Of a stretch of 64,000 bases of DNA, positions 1-12,070 are shown one piece after another. How positions within the stretch are numbered: position 1 is the first letter of the stretch; every line of letters begins with the position of its first letter. The position numbers and the translations under genes were made by a program. The notes beneath the pieces are model-generated. The model made no database searches. It was not told the origin of the DNA and was given only the letters and a program-made list of their open reading frames with translations. Source of the stretch: Rhynchobatus australiae (taxonomy: Eukaryota); assembly GCA_034780895.1 (NCBI GenBank), contig JAUZTB010000076.1, forward strand, positions 39,724,514 through 39,788,513. Direction: 5' to 3'.

Positions 1-259
1 CCAAAAGCCCCACCAACCTTCTATTGTGGCTGTGGGTGCACAGAATTAAGCTGTCTTCATGCAACAACCACATAATTATTTACCAACAAACATCATCTGA
101 AAGTTGATAGGAGCACAGATTTTAGCTTATTTGTTACTTCTCTTACCCACTCCCCCATCCATTTACAAAGATGACAACCATAAATGCTCTCCCATGTGTT
201 ATCACTATTGGAATTACCTTGGAGAGAGCTGTCCAACACTGGCATTTGCTTTAAAATTT

Positions 260-425
260 GTAGGTCAAGCAGCATTTGTGTGGGAGAAAAGGAATTGTCA
301 AGGTTTTGGCTCAAGACCCTGCATTGAGTTCTGATGCAAGGTCTCAACCCAAAACATTAGCAATTCCTTTTTGCCCACAAATGCTGCTCATTTCTGCTGA
401 ATTCCTCGAGCAGATTGGTTGTTGT
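260..425. repeat. Palindromic pair of Penelope-like terminal repeats (decayed hammerhead-like unit)
   Basis: 268-328 is an imperfect reverse complement of 331-388. The unit ctgatgcaaggtctcaacccaaaac...aatgctgct recurs at about 19010, 39820 and 62900. Confidence 0.65.
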
Positions 426-589
426 TATATACATTTTGTTTGCTGTAGCTCACTCAGGCCAGAATGCAGACAGTCATTATTACACTCTAGATTCCATAAG
501 GCAGCTTGCTCTCAATAATATTCCTCAGTAAAATGGAAAGAAATCTGGTAAAATTAAGTAATCAAGGAAGTCAATAGGCAAAGGGAAAG

Positions 590-1427
590 CACTCCAGTGA
601 TTGGGGTCATACCTCGCACAAAGGAAGATGGTTGATAGAATTCAAATATCCCTACTCCAGAACATCACTGTAGATGTTCAAGACAGTGACCTAGTCCCAA
701 CCATCTTCAGATGCCTCATCAATACCCTTAAGATCAGAAGTGTGACATTTGCTGCTGATTGTAAAATGTTCGCTCCAATCCTATATGCAGTGAGGCCTAT
801 AAAACATTCTGGCATGGCCTGATAGTTGGCAAGTAACATTCATGCTAAACTGCCAGGCAATGACCATCTCTGACAAGAGGAAGCTAACTATATACTTTTG
901 ACATTCAATATTCCAAGCACCACCACCATCAATATCATAGGGGTTACCAATGACCAGAAACTAAACTGGATCAGCGGCATAAATTTGGCGACAAGAGCAA
1001 GTCAGTGGCTTGGTATACTGCAGCATATGACTCATCTTTTGTCACTCCAAGACCTTTCCATAAAGCATGAATCAAAAGTTGTTGATGCTTCACTCATCCA
1101 GGCATGTGGAATGTATTTTTTCACACTCCTAAGCAGCTTGACAACATGAGGACAAAGCCAACAGCTCAATTTGGCACCCTATCAACCACCCAAAATATCC
1201 ATCCCCTCCATCATTGGTGCACAGTACCTGCAGTGTGTACCATCTACAAAATCAATTGCTGTTACTCACCCAATCTACTTCCAAACTCTCAACCTCTACC
1301 ACCAAGAAGGGCAGCAGCTGCATGGGAACACCATCATCAGCAAGTTCCCTCCAAGCTGCACATCACTCTTGGTCAAAATCCTGGAACTCCCTCCCCAACA
1401 TCACTGTGAGGTCACCTTCACCAGGAG
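590..1427 (+). mobile_element. Degenerate CR1/L2-group LINE, RT and 3' portion
   Basis: Broken RT frames (SYLAQRKMV..., PTIFRCLIN, FAADC in place of the FADD motif). The same family recurs at about 9930, 11570, 32040, 34790 and 37720. Confidence 0.7.
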
Positions 1428-2408
1428 NNNNNNNNNNNNNNNNNNNNNNNNNNNNNNNNNNNNNNNNNNNNNNNNNNNNNNNNNNNNNNNNNNNNNNNNN
1501 NNNNNNNNNNNNNNNNNNNNNNNNNNNTCAAATACCTAATTTGTTGATTGCCTTTTGAGACTATGTCAAAGCTTTTATGAATTCCTGCTTATGAAGAGCA
1601 CTGGTCTTGACTCATGTAACCAGTCTCCTATTGTCAATATTGAGCTTTCCCAGACACATTATTGTAGGTAAGTACAGAATAAATTCTGGTTCGATCCAAT
1701 TTCTGAAGAGCACCCTCTGCTGTACCAATGTGATATTTCCCATTTACTAATCCCAAGATAACCATTGAATGATCTTAGCAGAGTGAGATCATGTAAGCTA
1801 AATGTAAGGAGGCAATGTTGTATGCATCCAGAAAATATTGAATTGCCCAATTTTTTTTAATGTGGTACCAAATTCTTATGGTTTTAAAAAAGTGTATTTA
1901 AATTTTCATAGCTGTCATATGATAACTGAGGATAAATAAATATAGTAGTGTTCCATTTTTCCATCAAAAATAAATGGATAGCCACATTTAATTGGTCTAA
2001 TTTGATCTCAAGCATTCAGGAACATCATTATTATAGATCCACTCTATATGTGGCTATCAATTTATTTTAAATTATGTGGGCAAATAAGCATTAAATGCCA
2101 TGCATTTCCCAATAGTGTGTGAATGCTGAGGATGGGACTGGTGTGGGTCCAGTGGAATGAGGATGTTGTGGACGTCAAGTAAGAAGAAAATGAATCCAAA
2201 AGGATTTTGCTTCCTTCGTGGGAATAGTTGAAAATAAGCTAGGTTGCTCCCAGAATGTCATTACTGCCTACTAACTAACCTGATTGTGCAACTCAAAAGT
2301 TAAGAGACTGGAGACTAGGGGCAACATACAAGCTTCTATAAAAACGTGGCTATGTCTGCTTAAGTGCCAACAAAACAAAATTTTAAAACTTGCAGTATGT
2401 CATTTTAG

Positions 2409-2582
<174 letters not shown>

Positions 2583-2719
2583 TAAGATTCTGAAGTCTAT
2601 AATTTTTTTGCTATAATATCTTGAAGCTTTGGGATGAAAGTTCCATAGGAAGAAAAAAAACAGCCAATGCTAGACTTTATGTAAAATACCTTGACCACTT
2701 CTATACCAGTGCTAGGTCA

Positions 2720-3700
2720 TATAAAAACATAAGAAATAGTGGCTGGAATAAAGCCATTTGGCTTCTTGACCTTGCTTTACCATTCCAATAAGATCATGTT
2801 TTTTTTGTTAAAACCCGAGTGCCACTTCCTTGCAATAACCCATGTCCCTCGATATCCAAAAATCTATCCATCTTGAATATACTTAACCAAATCTCCACAG
2901 CTCTTTTCAATAGAAAATTCCGAAGGTCAACTAACCTCTCCATGAAGAAATTTTTTCAAATCCGTCCAGAATGGTTGACCCCTTATTGTGAAACTTTGAT
3001 ACCTGGTTCTAGACAGCCCAGCCAGGGGAAACAGCAACTCCATAACAACCCTTGAAGCCATGTAAGAATTTTTGTTTCAATGAGATCACCTCTCATTCTT
3101 GTAAACACAAGAGAACACATGCCCAGTCTGTTTAATTTCTTCTCAGATGACAAACTCAAAATCTCAGGAACCAACCCATTTCTATTGCAAATATACCCTT
3201 CCTCAGACAGGGGGAGAATCAGACCAGAAAATAATATTCTGGATGTAGTCAGCCCAGTGGCCCATATAATTGGATTTGTCTGTTGTTGTACACTGTCCTC
3301 TTATGGTATAGGCCAGTATGCACTTGCCTTCCTTGTTGTTTGCTGTACCTACGTATTAACATTCAGTAATGCCTGTGAGAGAACACCTAGGTCCCTCTGA
3401 ACACCAACACCTTTTAATCTCTCACATTTTATTTCTATTTTCTTCCACTGAAGTGGATGGACTTGCATTATCCACATTATAGTTTATCTGGCACGTACTT
3501 GCACATTGACTTAAGCTGTCAAAACTCCACTGAAGCTCCCCTGCATCATCTTCACAGCCCAGTCACCTAACTTTATCAGCAGCAAACTGGATATATTCCA
3601 CTTGATTCCCCTCATCCAAATCATTGGCATGGCTCTGATCAGCTGGTGCCCCAGCACTGATCCCTGTGGATGACACCATTCTGCAAGTTTGCCTACTGAA
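2720..3700 (-). mobile_element. CR1 LINE 3' fragment
   Basis: Minus-strand peptide EKKLNRLGMCSLVFTRMRGDLIET; acataagaaatag-type 3' tail. Confidence 0.75.
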
Positions 3701-3944
3701 AGGGCACACAGATAAATCTACATTCAGTTGTCAGATTACAGGTTAGGAGAGGTATTGACTATGCATATTGTTTCTGTAAGCATAACTGATCTTATCCCCG
3801 AGACATTAGTTCATATGTTTTTTGAAAAAAATATTACCAGTACTTTTCTCATATGCTTGATTGTTTTGAGTACTATATTGCAGAATGTGAGAGAGAGCCA
3901 TCTTTACAGATTTCCAAACATGCTGGCTATTTCTTATGTTTATG

Positions 3945-4190
3945 GTACAAGGGGCCTTTCAGCCCATCAGGTCCATGGCAGCTCCCAACAAAGCAATCTT
4001 GCAAACCTATAGTCCATGCAACTTATTCCCACTCATATGCCCATCAACTCCTTTGATTCTTTTGCCATTTCCATACATCAAGTGATAATTTATTGTTAAT
4101 TAACCTACCTGCTCAGGTGGAAGGAAACCAGAGAACCTTGAGGAAACCCACATGGTCATGGAGGGAATGTGCAAATCTGCTGCACCACAG
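3945..4190 (-). mobile_element. V-SINE/HE1-like SINE remnant
   Basis: ggaaaccagagaaccttgaggaaacccacatggtcatggagggaatgtgcaaa core next to a CR1-derived tail. Confidence 0.6.
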
Positions 4191-5018
4191 CCAGAAAAGG
4201 GCATTTTATGCAAGGCTATTGATGCATGGTTACAGAGAAGTANNNNNNNNNNNNNNNATCATGACTGAGACACCATTTATCACCCCCTTCCCGTCATTTA
4301 TTTATTAAAAGCCAACCATTCTCAACCTTGCTCCCGACTTTCCCGTAGTTTACCACAAATTTGTGCTGTTTGCAGTAGTCACCATACAAAAAAACATTTC
4401 TTACCATATAACTGAAGGTTGTCACAGCATGAAGCTTTCATTTAAGAAAAATTGTGCAGCCATGATGTGTTGGATTGGGCACCCATATGAAACAAATGGG
4501 AGCTTGGTGCACTTCTCTAAAGCAAGGGATGCAGTCTGGTAGGCATGAGGATTCCTCATTTCTTCATCAGCTCTGCTGCTAATAAGAGTTTCTTGTTATA
4601 CACCATCGATGATTCCTTACAGAAAAAGACGACTCCACAAAGAATTACTGTCTTATGCAATTTGGCTGTAGAAATAATATGCACATTAATAGTTTTCATT
4701 TAGGAAGTAGAAATTACAGCCAAAATTCAACAAAACTATAACATTTGGAAGAAAAAAACTGCATGGTTATACATTGGGATAGTGGGGAAAAGACAAGTGT
4801 CCTGACCAAATTTCCCTCAGAATACCCAGTACTAAATTGGATAGGTGGGAAAATGTTCTAATCAATGGTATGTGCATCTTACTTTGTACAACAAAGAATA
4901 CAAATTTAAAATAATCTCTTCAGTATTCAATTTAAAAGTGAAAGCAAGCTTATGAGGAGTTTATTTCAGTTTCACCTGTAATGTAACTGATTCAATGCAA
5001 ATGGATTCGTTTCTGCAG

Positions 5019-5095
5019 GTATGCACCAGAATGCTTGATACATTGCAAATTCTACATTGCTTCAGATGTGTGGTCCTTCGGTGTTACTCTGTATG
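5019..5095 (+). CDS. JAK1: JAK1 next exon, 5' part only (truncated by N gap 5096-6009)
   Basis: Acceptor tttctgcag|g completes the phase-2 W codon of the previous exon. Reads [25 protein letters not shown] (subdomains VIII-IX). Confidence 0.95.
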
Positions 5096-6009
5096 NNNNN
5101 NNNNNNNNNNNNNNNNNNNNNNNNNNNNNNNNNNNNNNNNNNNNNNNNNNNNNNNNNNNNNNNNNNNNNNNNNNNNNNNNNNNNNNNNNNNNNNNNNNNN
5201 NNNNNNNNNNNNNNNNNNNNNNNNNNNNNNNNNNNNNNNNNNNNNNNNNNNNNNNNNNNNNNNNNNNNNNNNNNNNNNNNNNNNNNNNNNNNNNNNNNNN
5301 NNNNNNNNNNNNNNNNNNNNNNNNNNNNNNNNNNNNNNNNNNNNNNNNNNNNNNNNNNNNNNNNNNNNNNNNNNNNNNNNNNNNNNNNNNNNNNNNNNNN
5401 NNNNNNNNNNNNNNNNNNNNNNNNNNNNNNNNNNNNNNNNNNNNNNNNNNNNNNNNNNNNNNNNNNNNNNNNNNNNNNNNNNNNNNNNNNNNNNNNNNNN
5501 NNNNNNNNNNNNNNNNNNNNNNNNNNNNNNNNNNNNNNNNNNNNNNNNNNNNNNNNNNNNNNNNNNNNNNNNNNNNNNNNNNNNNNNNNNNNNNNNNNNN
5601 NNNNNNNNNNNNNNNNNNNNNNNNNNNNNNNNNNNNNNNNNNNNNNNNNNNNNNNNNNNNNNNNNNNNNNNNNNNNNNNNNNNNNNNNNNNNNNNNNNNN
5701 NNNNNNNNNNNNNNNNNNNNNNNNNNNNNNNNNNNNNNNNNNNNNNNNNNNNNNNNNNNNNNNNNNNNNNNNNNNNNNNNNNNNNNNNNNNNNNNNNNNN
5801 NNNNNNNNNNNNNNNNNNNNNNNNNNNNNNNNNNNNNNNNNNNNNNNNNNNNNNNNNNNNNNNNNNNNNNNNNNNNNNNNNNNNNNNNNNNNNNNNNNNN
5901 NNNNNNNNNNNNNNNNNNNNNNNNNNNNNNNNNNNNNNNNNNNNNNNNNNNNNNNNNNNNNNNNNNNNNNNNNNNNNNNNNNNNNNNNNNNNNNNNNNNN
6001 NNNNNNNNN

Positions 6010-6150
6010 CCAATATGTCATCATTTAAAAATAACTTTGTTTTGCGCACCAACGTGGGTAACCTCAGTTTTTCCAGATCATGTCCCATATGCCATATTCT
6101 CATCCACTTGCTTAGCTTGTGGATATCCTCTTGAAGCCTTTTACTCACAA
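6010..6150 (-). mobile_element. CR1 RT fragment
   Basis: Minus-strand LQEDIHKLSKWMRIWHM. Confidence 0.6.
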
Positions 6151-6388
6151 TCCTATCAGAAAACATGGAAGTGTGACATCAGAATTGAAAGGACAGTAAG
6201 AGAATTCAGCTACTTGTCCAAGTGATGTCACATCTAATGTCTCAATGCAAACACAACCACTGACAGTGCTCAATCTGTACTGCACAGAAATGCAAGCCAT
6301 GATTGTGCATAAGTGCAGCATTGACTTGCATTACAGAGCCATGAGAAATTTGACTATTCTCAATCATTGTTATTGTACTTATTCTTAG

Positions 6389-6490
6389 GTTTATTATCAT
6401 ATGAAGAAGTGCTGGGAACACAGCCCAAGTAACAGAACCACATTTGAAAACCTTGTGAATGTATTTGAGTCTTTGCTTCAAAGAATGTGA
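6389..6490 (+). CDS. JAK1: JAK1 terminal coding exon
   Basis: Acceptor ttattcttag|. Reads [33 protein letters not shown] (subdomain XI), matching the JAK1 C-terminus [31 protein letters not shown] as recalled. Confidence 0.93.
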   Translation, partial: VYYHMKKCWEHSPSNRTTFENLVNVFESLLQRM

Positions 6491-7170
6491 AGTACGAGGA
6501 TTGATTGTATTTTTTTCTTAAGACTGCAACTGTTTTATGTATGTTTAAACTACCTACAATACTCACGTGTAAATAATGTATTGCTATGTTTTGTGTTTAA
6601 ATGGGAATTTCTAAAATGCACTATGCAGTAATACCTTGGAAAATTAATTTTAGCCAGCAATGACTAATGTCAAACTTCTAAAACTTCAGTTGTTCTTTGA
6701 ACCCTCCAATTCATATTTCTATATTTCCTTTGCAAAGATGTCAGGTAGCTATTAAACAAACTATGAATTTTGTAAATATTATGAGGGGGTTGGGGTAATT
6801 TTCTGAAAAGGCAGCCATTAGCCTTTGTTTGCCAATGAACATCCAACTTGTACACGATTTTAGTACAGATGGAGAGAACAGGATTCCAGTAAAGACCATC
6901 TTTCAGATTAGAAAATAAACAGCATTTTATATTGAATAGCAAGGAATGTGTCCTACTCAAAATTGACGACTTCACAAAAAGTGTCATTAACACATGCTTA
7001 TCGTGAGCACTTGATGTACGCAAATTGTCAATCGTTTCCAGCATCAATTCAGTACTGTGGTGAAGGACTTAAAGTAGATACTCAAGACTTTTTTTGCATT
7101 AATTTGTTTTTACATTTTATATTTTGTAATATAACAAAATCAATAAATCAATTTCAACTTCAAACCTATT
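6491..7170 (+). other. JAK1: Probable JAK1 3' UTR
   Basis: AT/TG-rich, repeat-poor sequence after the stop codon, ending near AATAAA with T-rich sequence downstream. The end point is inferred. Confidence 0.6.
7142..7147 (+). terminator. Putative JAK1 polyadenylation signal AATAAA
   Basis: AATAAA about 650 nt after the JAK1 stop, with U-rich sequence on both sides. A second AATAAA lies near 6913. Confidence 0.55.
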
Positions 7171-7445
7171 GACACTTTTCTTTTAAAATCTTAGAAGATA
7201 GAATAATTCATTTCATATCAAGAGGAAAATGTGCATGATAGCTATTGCTGGTTTGTATCTTATTCAAGTGCATAATCGGTGGGTACCTGGTATACATTCA
7301 AGTGATTGTTTACCCACCCTTAGCCAAATGTAATTTGTGTTTTTGAAGAATATTACAGCTTCCTGAGTTGGTGTGTTGACTAAATATAATAGATAACATC
7401 ATGTACTTCAGCAGCTAGCAATTTGTATTTTTTTCAAAAAAGCAA

Positions 7446-7451
7446 TTTAAT
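7446..7451 (-). terminator. Putative minus-strand polyadenylation signal ATTAAA (candidate distal RAVER2 3' end)
   Basis: tttaat on + at the left edge of a long repeat-poor, minus-strand UG/U-rich tract (about 7430-9900). An AATAAA(-) also occurs at 9660-9665. Confidence 0.3.
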
Positions 7452-9929
7452 AACAGGACCACACCTTGTGCATTAAAAGAATTTTTAATTTGATAAGTAA
7501 TCAGACATTCAACTTCAATATTAGTGAGTGGGATACAAAATGAACCAAAACACTCAATATGTAAAATTCTTTGTTACAAGAAGTTTCAGAACCAGAAGTT
7601 TCTATGCTCTATGAAAAAAAGTTGATCCAAATCTTTATATCACATTGCAAATCATCTCTGGACATAACAACACTTTGAAATTTAAGAACAAAACCTTAAC
7701 TCCCTAATATCTTTATCATCTAGTGCAAGAAGTGATTGCATTAATTGTAGTTCTATGCACACATCAGATATCAAAGCACACAGCAGGTGTGGTCACTAGA
7801 TGACTCTTCTATGGGGAGGGAACACATTGAAAGAACTGAGAATCTTATCAATGCCACTCAATTTCTCAACTATCTTCATTTCTGATCCAAGACCCACTGA
7901 ACTACAATACACTTCAACACTATTGCTATAGTCACAGGCTTCCTCATAGTTTAAGACAGTTTCACTTTCTCTTCAATCCCATTTAACAATTACACTTTGT
8001 TTGAGATGGAGAACAATTTACAAGCAAAAGCTAGATGAATAAGTGTTTTTTTAAAATAATAGTTGGTGAAAAACATCATCATCTTGCATTAAAGCCAAGT
8101 CCATAAAATCTAAAAAAAATCCACAATCAATATGCAAGTAGCTTACTTCAATCACTACTAGACAGAAGCAGTAAAGGTGCTGTCTTCAGACAGTCCATAC
8201 AATAAACTGGAGTGGTTCTCTCTTGATTTGTTATTGCAGTAAATTACATCCAAAGTTGACAATCATATATGGAGGTGTGTTTGTGGAAGCAGCCTGCCAA
8301 TCAGTTCAGGAGCCAGATAGAGCCAATAACCAAACTTGCCTCAGTAATTATAATTGTACGTAAAATGATAATATCAATCATTAATATTATTTCAATTAAA
8401 TGTGTGTCCAGATTAGGCACAAGGTTATCCTGCAAGCTACCATGGAGCAATACCATAGAAAATAAATTGCTTTTGTGTAAATGCAGCAGCAAAGATGAAA
8501 ATTCTGACTCACAAGACTTAAGGCATCCAGGAGCATTGAGACAGGACAGAAGTCTCAGAAAACTGATCAAGTTTTAAGGCAGAAGATCAACTGAAACCCA
8601 GTAGTTGAGATGAGCATGGCTTTAAGAAAGATGAAGCAGTAACTTCTAGACCACTATATTTTTTAATTCGAAGTAAAATTCCAAAAGCTGCAATAAAAGT
8701 TACCTTGCTGTTCCACAGATTGCACTACAAGATCCATCTTGTAAAGGACAGTTTCTAAGTTCACTGATAGCTTTAGTGAAGAAAATATAATCTTTACCTC
8801 TGTTTAGATTTTATGACTTCAGATCCACGGCAAAATGGTTGATCCTTCACTGTTCTCTGAAATAACCAAGGGAAGTTGTCAAGTTGTCAACTAAACCCAA
8901 GAATAAAAACAATTATCAACCACAGAAAATCCAGTCAATTTAAAGAGATGCCACTGCAAATAACCCAGCAAAGTCTCCCTCACTAAAATGAGAGAACTGT
9001 TCTGCTCATCAGCCATTTAAATCACCCCTTTTAGCCAATGTTCCAGGCTCCATCATAACTTTTGGCTACATCCAGTCCCACCAAAGCCAAAAGGTGGTGA
9101 CACAGATGACAAAGTCCAAGGAATGTGACCCCAGGGGTTTTGAACATTGACTCTGGATTTGGGTTTCATGGCATCCAGCCAAACAAGGGCAAGAAAACTT
9201 TGATTACTTCTTGAGAAAGCAGTGGAAGATCACAGGGCATTTCTATGCTCTTACTATCCTCACTACTACTTTGAAGAATGTAGTTTGATAGCACCAAAGG
9301 GCTAGAAAAATCCCAAAATAGACAGCAGTCTGAATGGACTTGAAGTATATAAGGAGAACCAATGGGAAGCAAAAAAAAAACTCCCCAATATCATCCACAC
9401 CAATCTACCAGATGCTGTGGGTGACAATGTTAGTAGGACTGTTCACTACCCAGTCCCCATGTAGATGAAAGTACCAGCTTCATGCTGAGGACACCCATCT
9501 TGTTCTTTAAAAGAAACATTACTAGCATCAAAAAGGCACTGACTGCTTTCAGTAATGGTACAAGTGGGTTAAAAGTCTGATGAAATGTTTTTTGTTAAAT
9601 CATGACATTTAAACTGTAATGATACTATATTACTGTTATAAATAATTTTCAATGCATGATTTATTCCAAAAACTGTGCCCACTGTTTCACATCATTTTTC
9701 TCACTCTACTAATTGCCATTAATCTAGGGACTTAACCCTTGTTCATTAAATACAGAAGAGTACCAGACCTAAAAATGGAAGTGCCAACTTAGTGAAACTA
9801 TCAATCATTCAAGTCTATATTCCTGTACTGGAAGCAGCATGCTTTTAACAAAGTTTTGCCAGCCTACAGATAAAGGATCAGAGCAAAACTTTTCACTTCA
9901 GTTGTGATTGGCAGTGGACAATTAGACAG

Positions 9930-10390
9930 CTAACAGGAAGAGGAAGTTCAATGAACATCCACATCTTTGATCACAGTAGAGTCCAGAACACAAGTGGAAA
10001 AGGTGAAAGAACTGCAACCATTTTTAGCAAGTGATAAGTGAATGATCATTCTGTACCTCATCCAATGCACCAACATCAGAAAAGCAAGTCTTCAGTTAAT
10101 GTGATTCCCTCCAATGTGATATCAAGAAATAACCATTGGAGACAGTGAATAGCTTAGGGCCATAGCATTCTAGATGTTGTGCTGAAGATCAGTACTCCAG
10201 AATTAACTGTGCCTTTTGTCAAACTGATCCAATTAAGCTTCAAAGCTACTACATATCTAACACAGTGAAAAACTGCCTAGGTACACCTGTCCACAGAATG
10301 AACAAATCCAGTCCAGTCAATTAGCACCTCTTTAATTGACTTTCAATCATCAATAAAAAAGGAGTCTTGGACAGAGCAATCAATGTTGAA
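9930..10390 (+). mobile_element. CR1/L2-group LINE fragment (EN-RT linker)
   Basis: gtgctgaagatcagtactccagaatta... similar to the copy at 34790-35010. Confidence 0.55.
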
Positions 10391-10594
10391 TGCCACTGGA
10401 ACTACCAATGTTATAAATTCTAGGGAAATTGCATCAAAGTCAACAGGCAAATGCACAAGTTTGTGAATACTGTGCACACACTCTGTACATGAAATTGTCT
10501 CCATAGTACACTGCAATGGAACACTTTGATGTAGGCATCTTAAAGAAAACTACTGCTGCAATGACGACTGGTAATAAAGGCACCGAGGCACTGC

Positions 10595-10626
10595 TGTGTG
10601 TGTGTGTGTGTGTGCGTGTGTGTGTG
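10595..10626. repeat. (TG)n microsatellite
   Basis: About 16 TG units with one CG interruption. Confidence 0.95.
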
Positions 10627-11569
10627 GAAAGAGCAGTGAAAAAAATCGTATAGAAAGTATTTGATGATGTTTTCTTTCTTCACAACTTGATGAGAGTATT
10701 CAATGAAGCATTCAAAACTAAACTACATCATGTCATGGAAGATCAGCTCAAACTATTTCTTGGAAGTGTTGCTCGATCTAACATGTGGAAATTGAAGGCA
10801 GGTAAGGCATCAGATACATTGCAATATCCTGAGAAATAATGAGATTAAAACTAACATTAAAAAAAAACTAACACTCACTTAACTGAATTTTGACAAACTG
10901 TATGATCATTACTCTTTTATACAGCAAAGATTTCAAAAGGAACTAAAAGTTGATCAAAGATGTGTGGAAGTTTTCATACAGCTACCAGAAAATGGAAATA
11001 GCCAAATGTTTAAACTCTATCCTTTCACAATTTCAACCCCAGTGTCAAATGTCTCTTGTGAAGACATTTTTCTCTCAATAACTCAGCTTTGGAGAAAAGA
11101 ACAAAGTGGAATCATTGTGAAAGCAGAATCACAGGTACAACTGAACTATTATATATTATGCCAAGAGTTTTGTATTCAATTCAAAAAGCCCCCCAGGGTT
11201 GCAGAAAGCAGCAAGGTGGTACATGAAGTACATATTTAAGAAACAGACTAAACAAAAACATTCATCTACAGGTAAATCAATTGCNNNNNNNNNNTATGCA
11301 AGTATACATGTGCATTAGAAAAATAACAAACATAATTTAACCCTTTGAAAACAAGATTCACTTTAAAACTGGACATTTTGCAGCAAGCTTAAATTGTGAG
11401 ATTATAATTTATATTCTAATTTCCATTAAAGACAAAATGTTGGGCAAACAAGGAGTACAATACAGACCAGTCAACATAATACCATTAAGTGATGAAACTT
11501 CTAAGAACAGATCCAGAGTTGGCATCCCCAGTCTAAATATGAGCTTCAGCCAAATTCCAGGACATGGAG

Positions 11570-12070
11570 AGAAACACTGACATCAAGGCAGCATTTCAAT
11601 AACTGTGGCATCAAGGAAGCCAAGTAAAATTCAAAACAGAATCACGGGCACACACTTCATAGGATGTGGCACCAGGACACCAGATAATGGTTGTGGCGGT
11701 TGGAGGCCAAACCTGCTGGAATTCATCCTGGCTGCACCCTAGGTTTAAACATGTTCAGCTGTTTGTTTAATCCTCCCTACCATAAAATCAGCAGTGAGGG
11801 CATTCACTGATGATTTCACTAATATGCTATTCCATTTACAATTCCTCAGCAGTTTGTGTCTGCATTCAGGAGGACAAAAGGTGACATACAGGTACGGGCT
11901 TGTAGGTGGCAAGTAACATTCATTTCTTAAAAGACCTGCAACTAGTTTAGCTTTGCCAATGTTTCGATCCTCATCCATACATTGTTCCTGACCTGAAAAT
12001 TTTTCCGAATACGTGCTGACAATTTCCACTTTTATCTCTATTATTGTTCAGATGGACATCATGACTTTAC
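11570..12070 (+). mobile_element. CR1/L2-group LINE RT fragment
   Basis: gacatcaaggcagcattt...gataatggttgtggcggttggaggcc..., same family as 590-1427. Confidence 0.55.

Noticed and set aside
4995-6225. Long ORFs spanning N runs (also near 25270, 44904, 55859, 57516, 60692, 61737)
   Set aside because: Artefacts of translating gaps as X; only 5019-5095 is real coding sequence.
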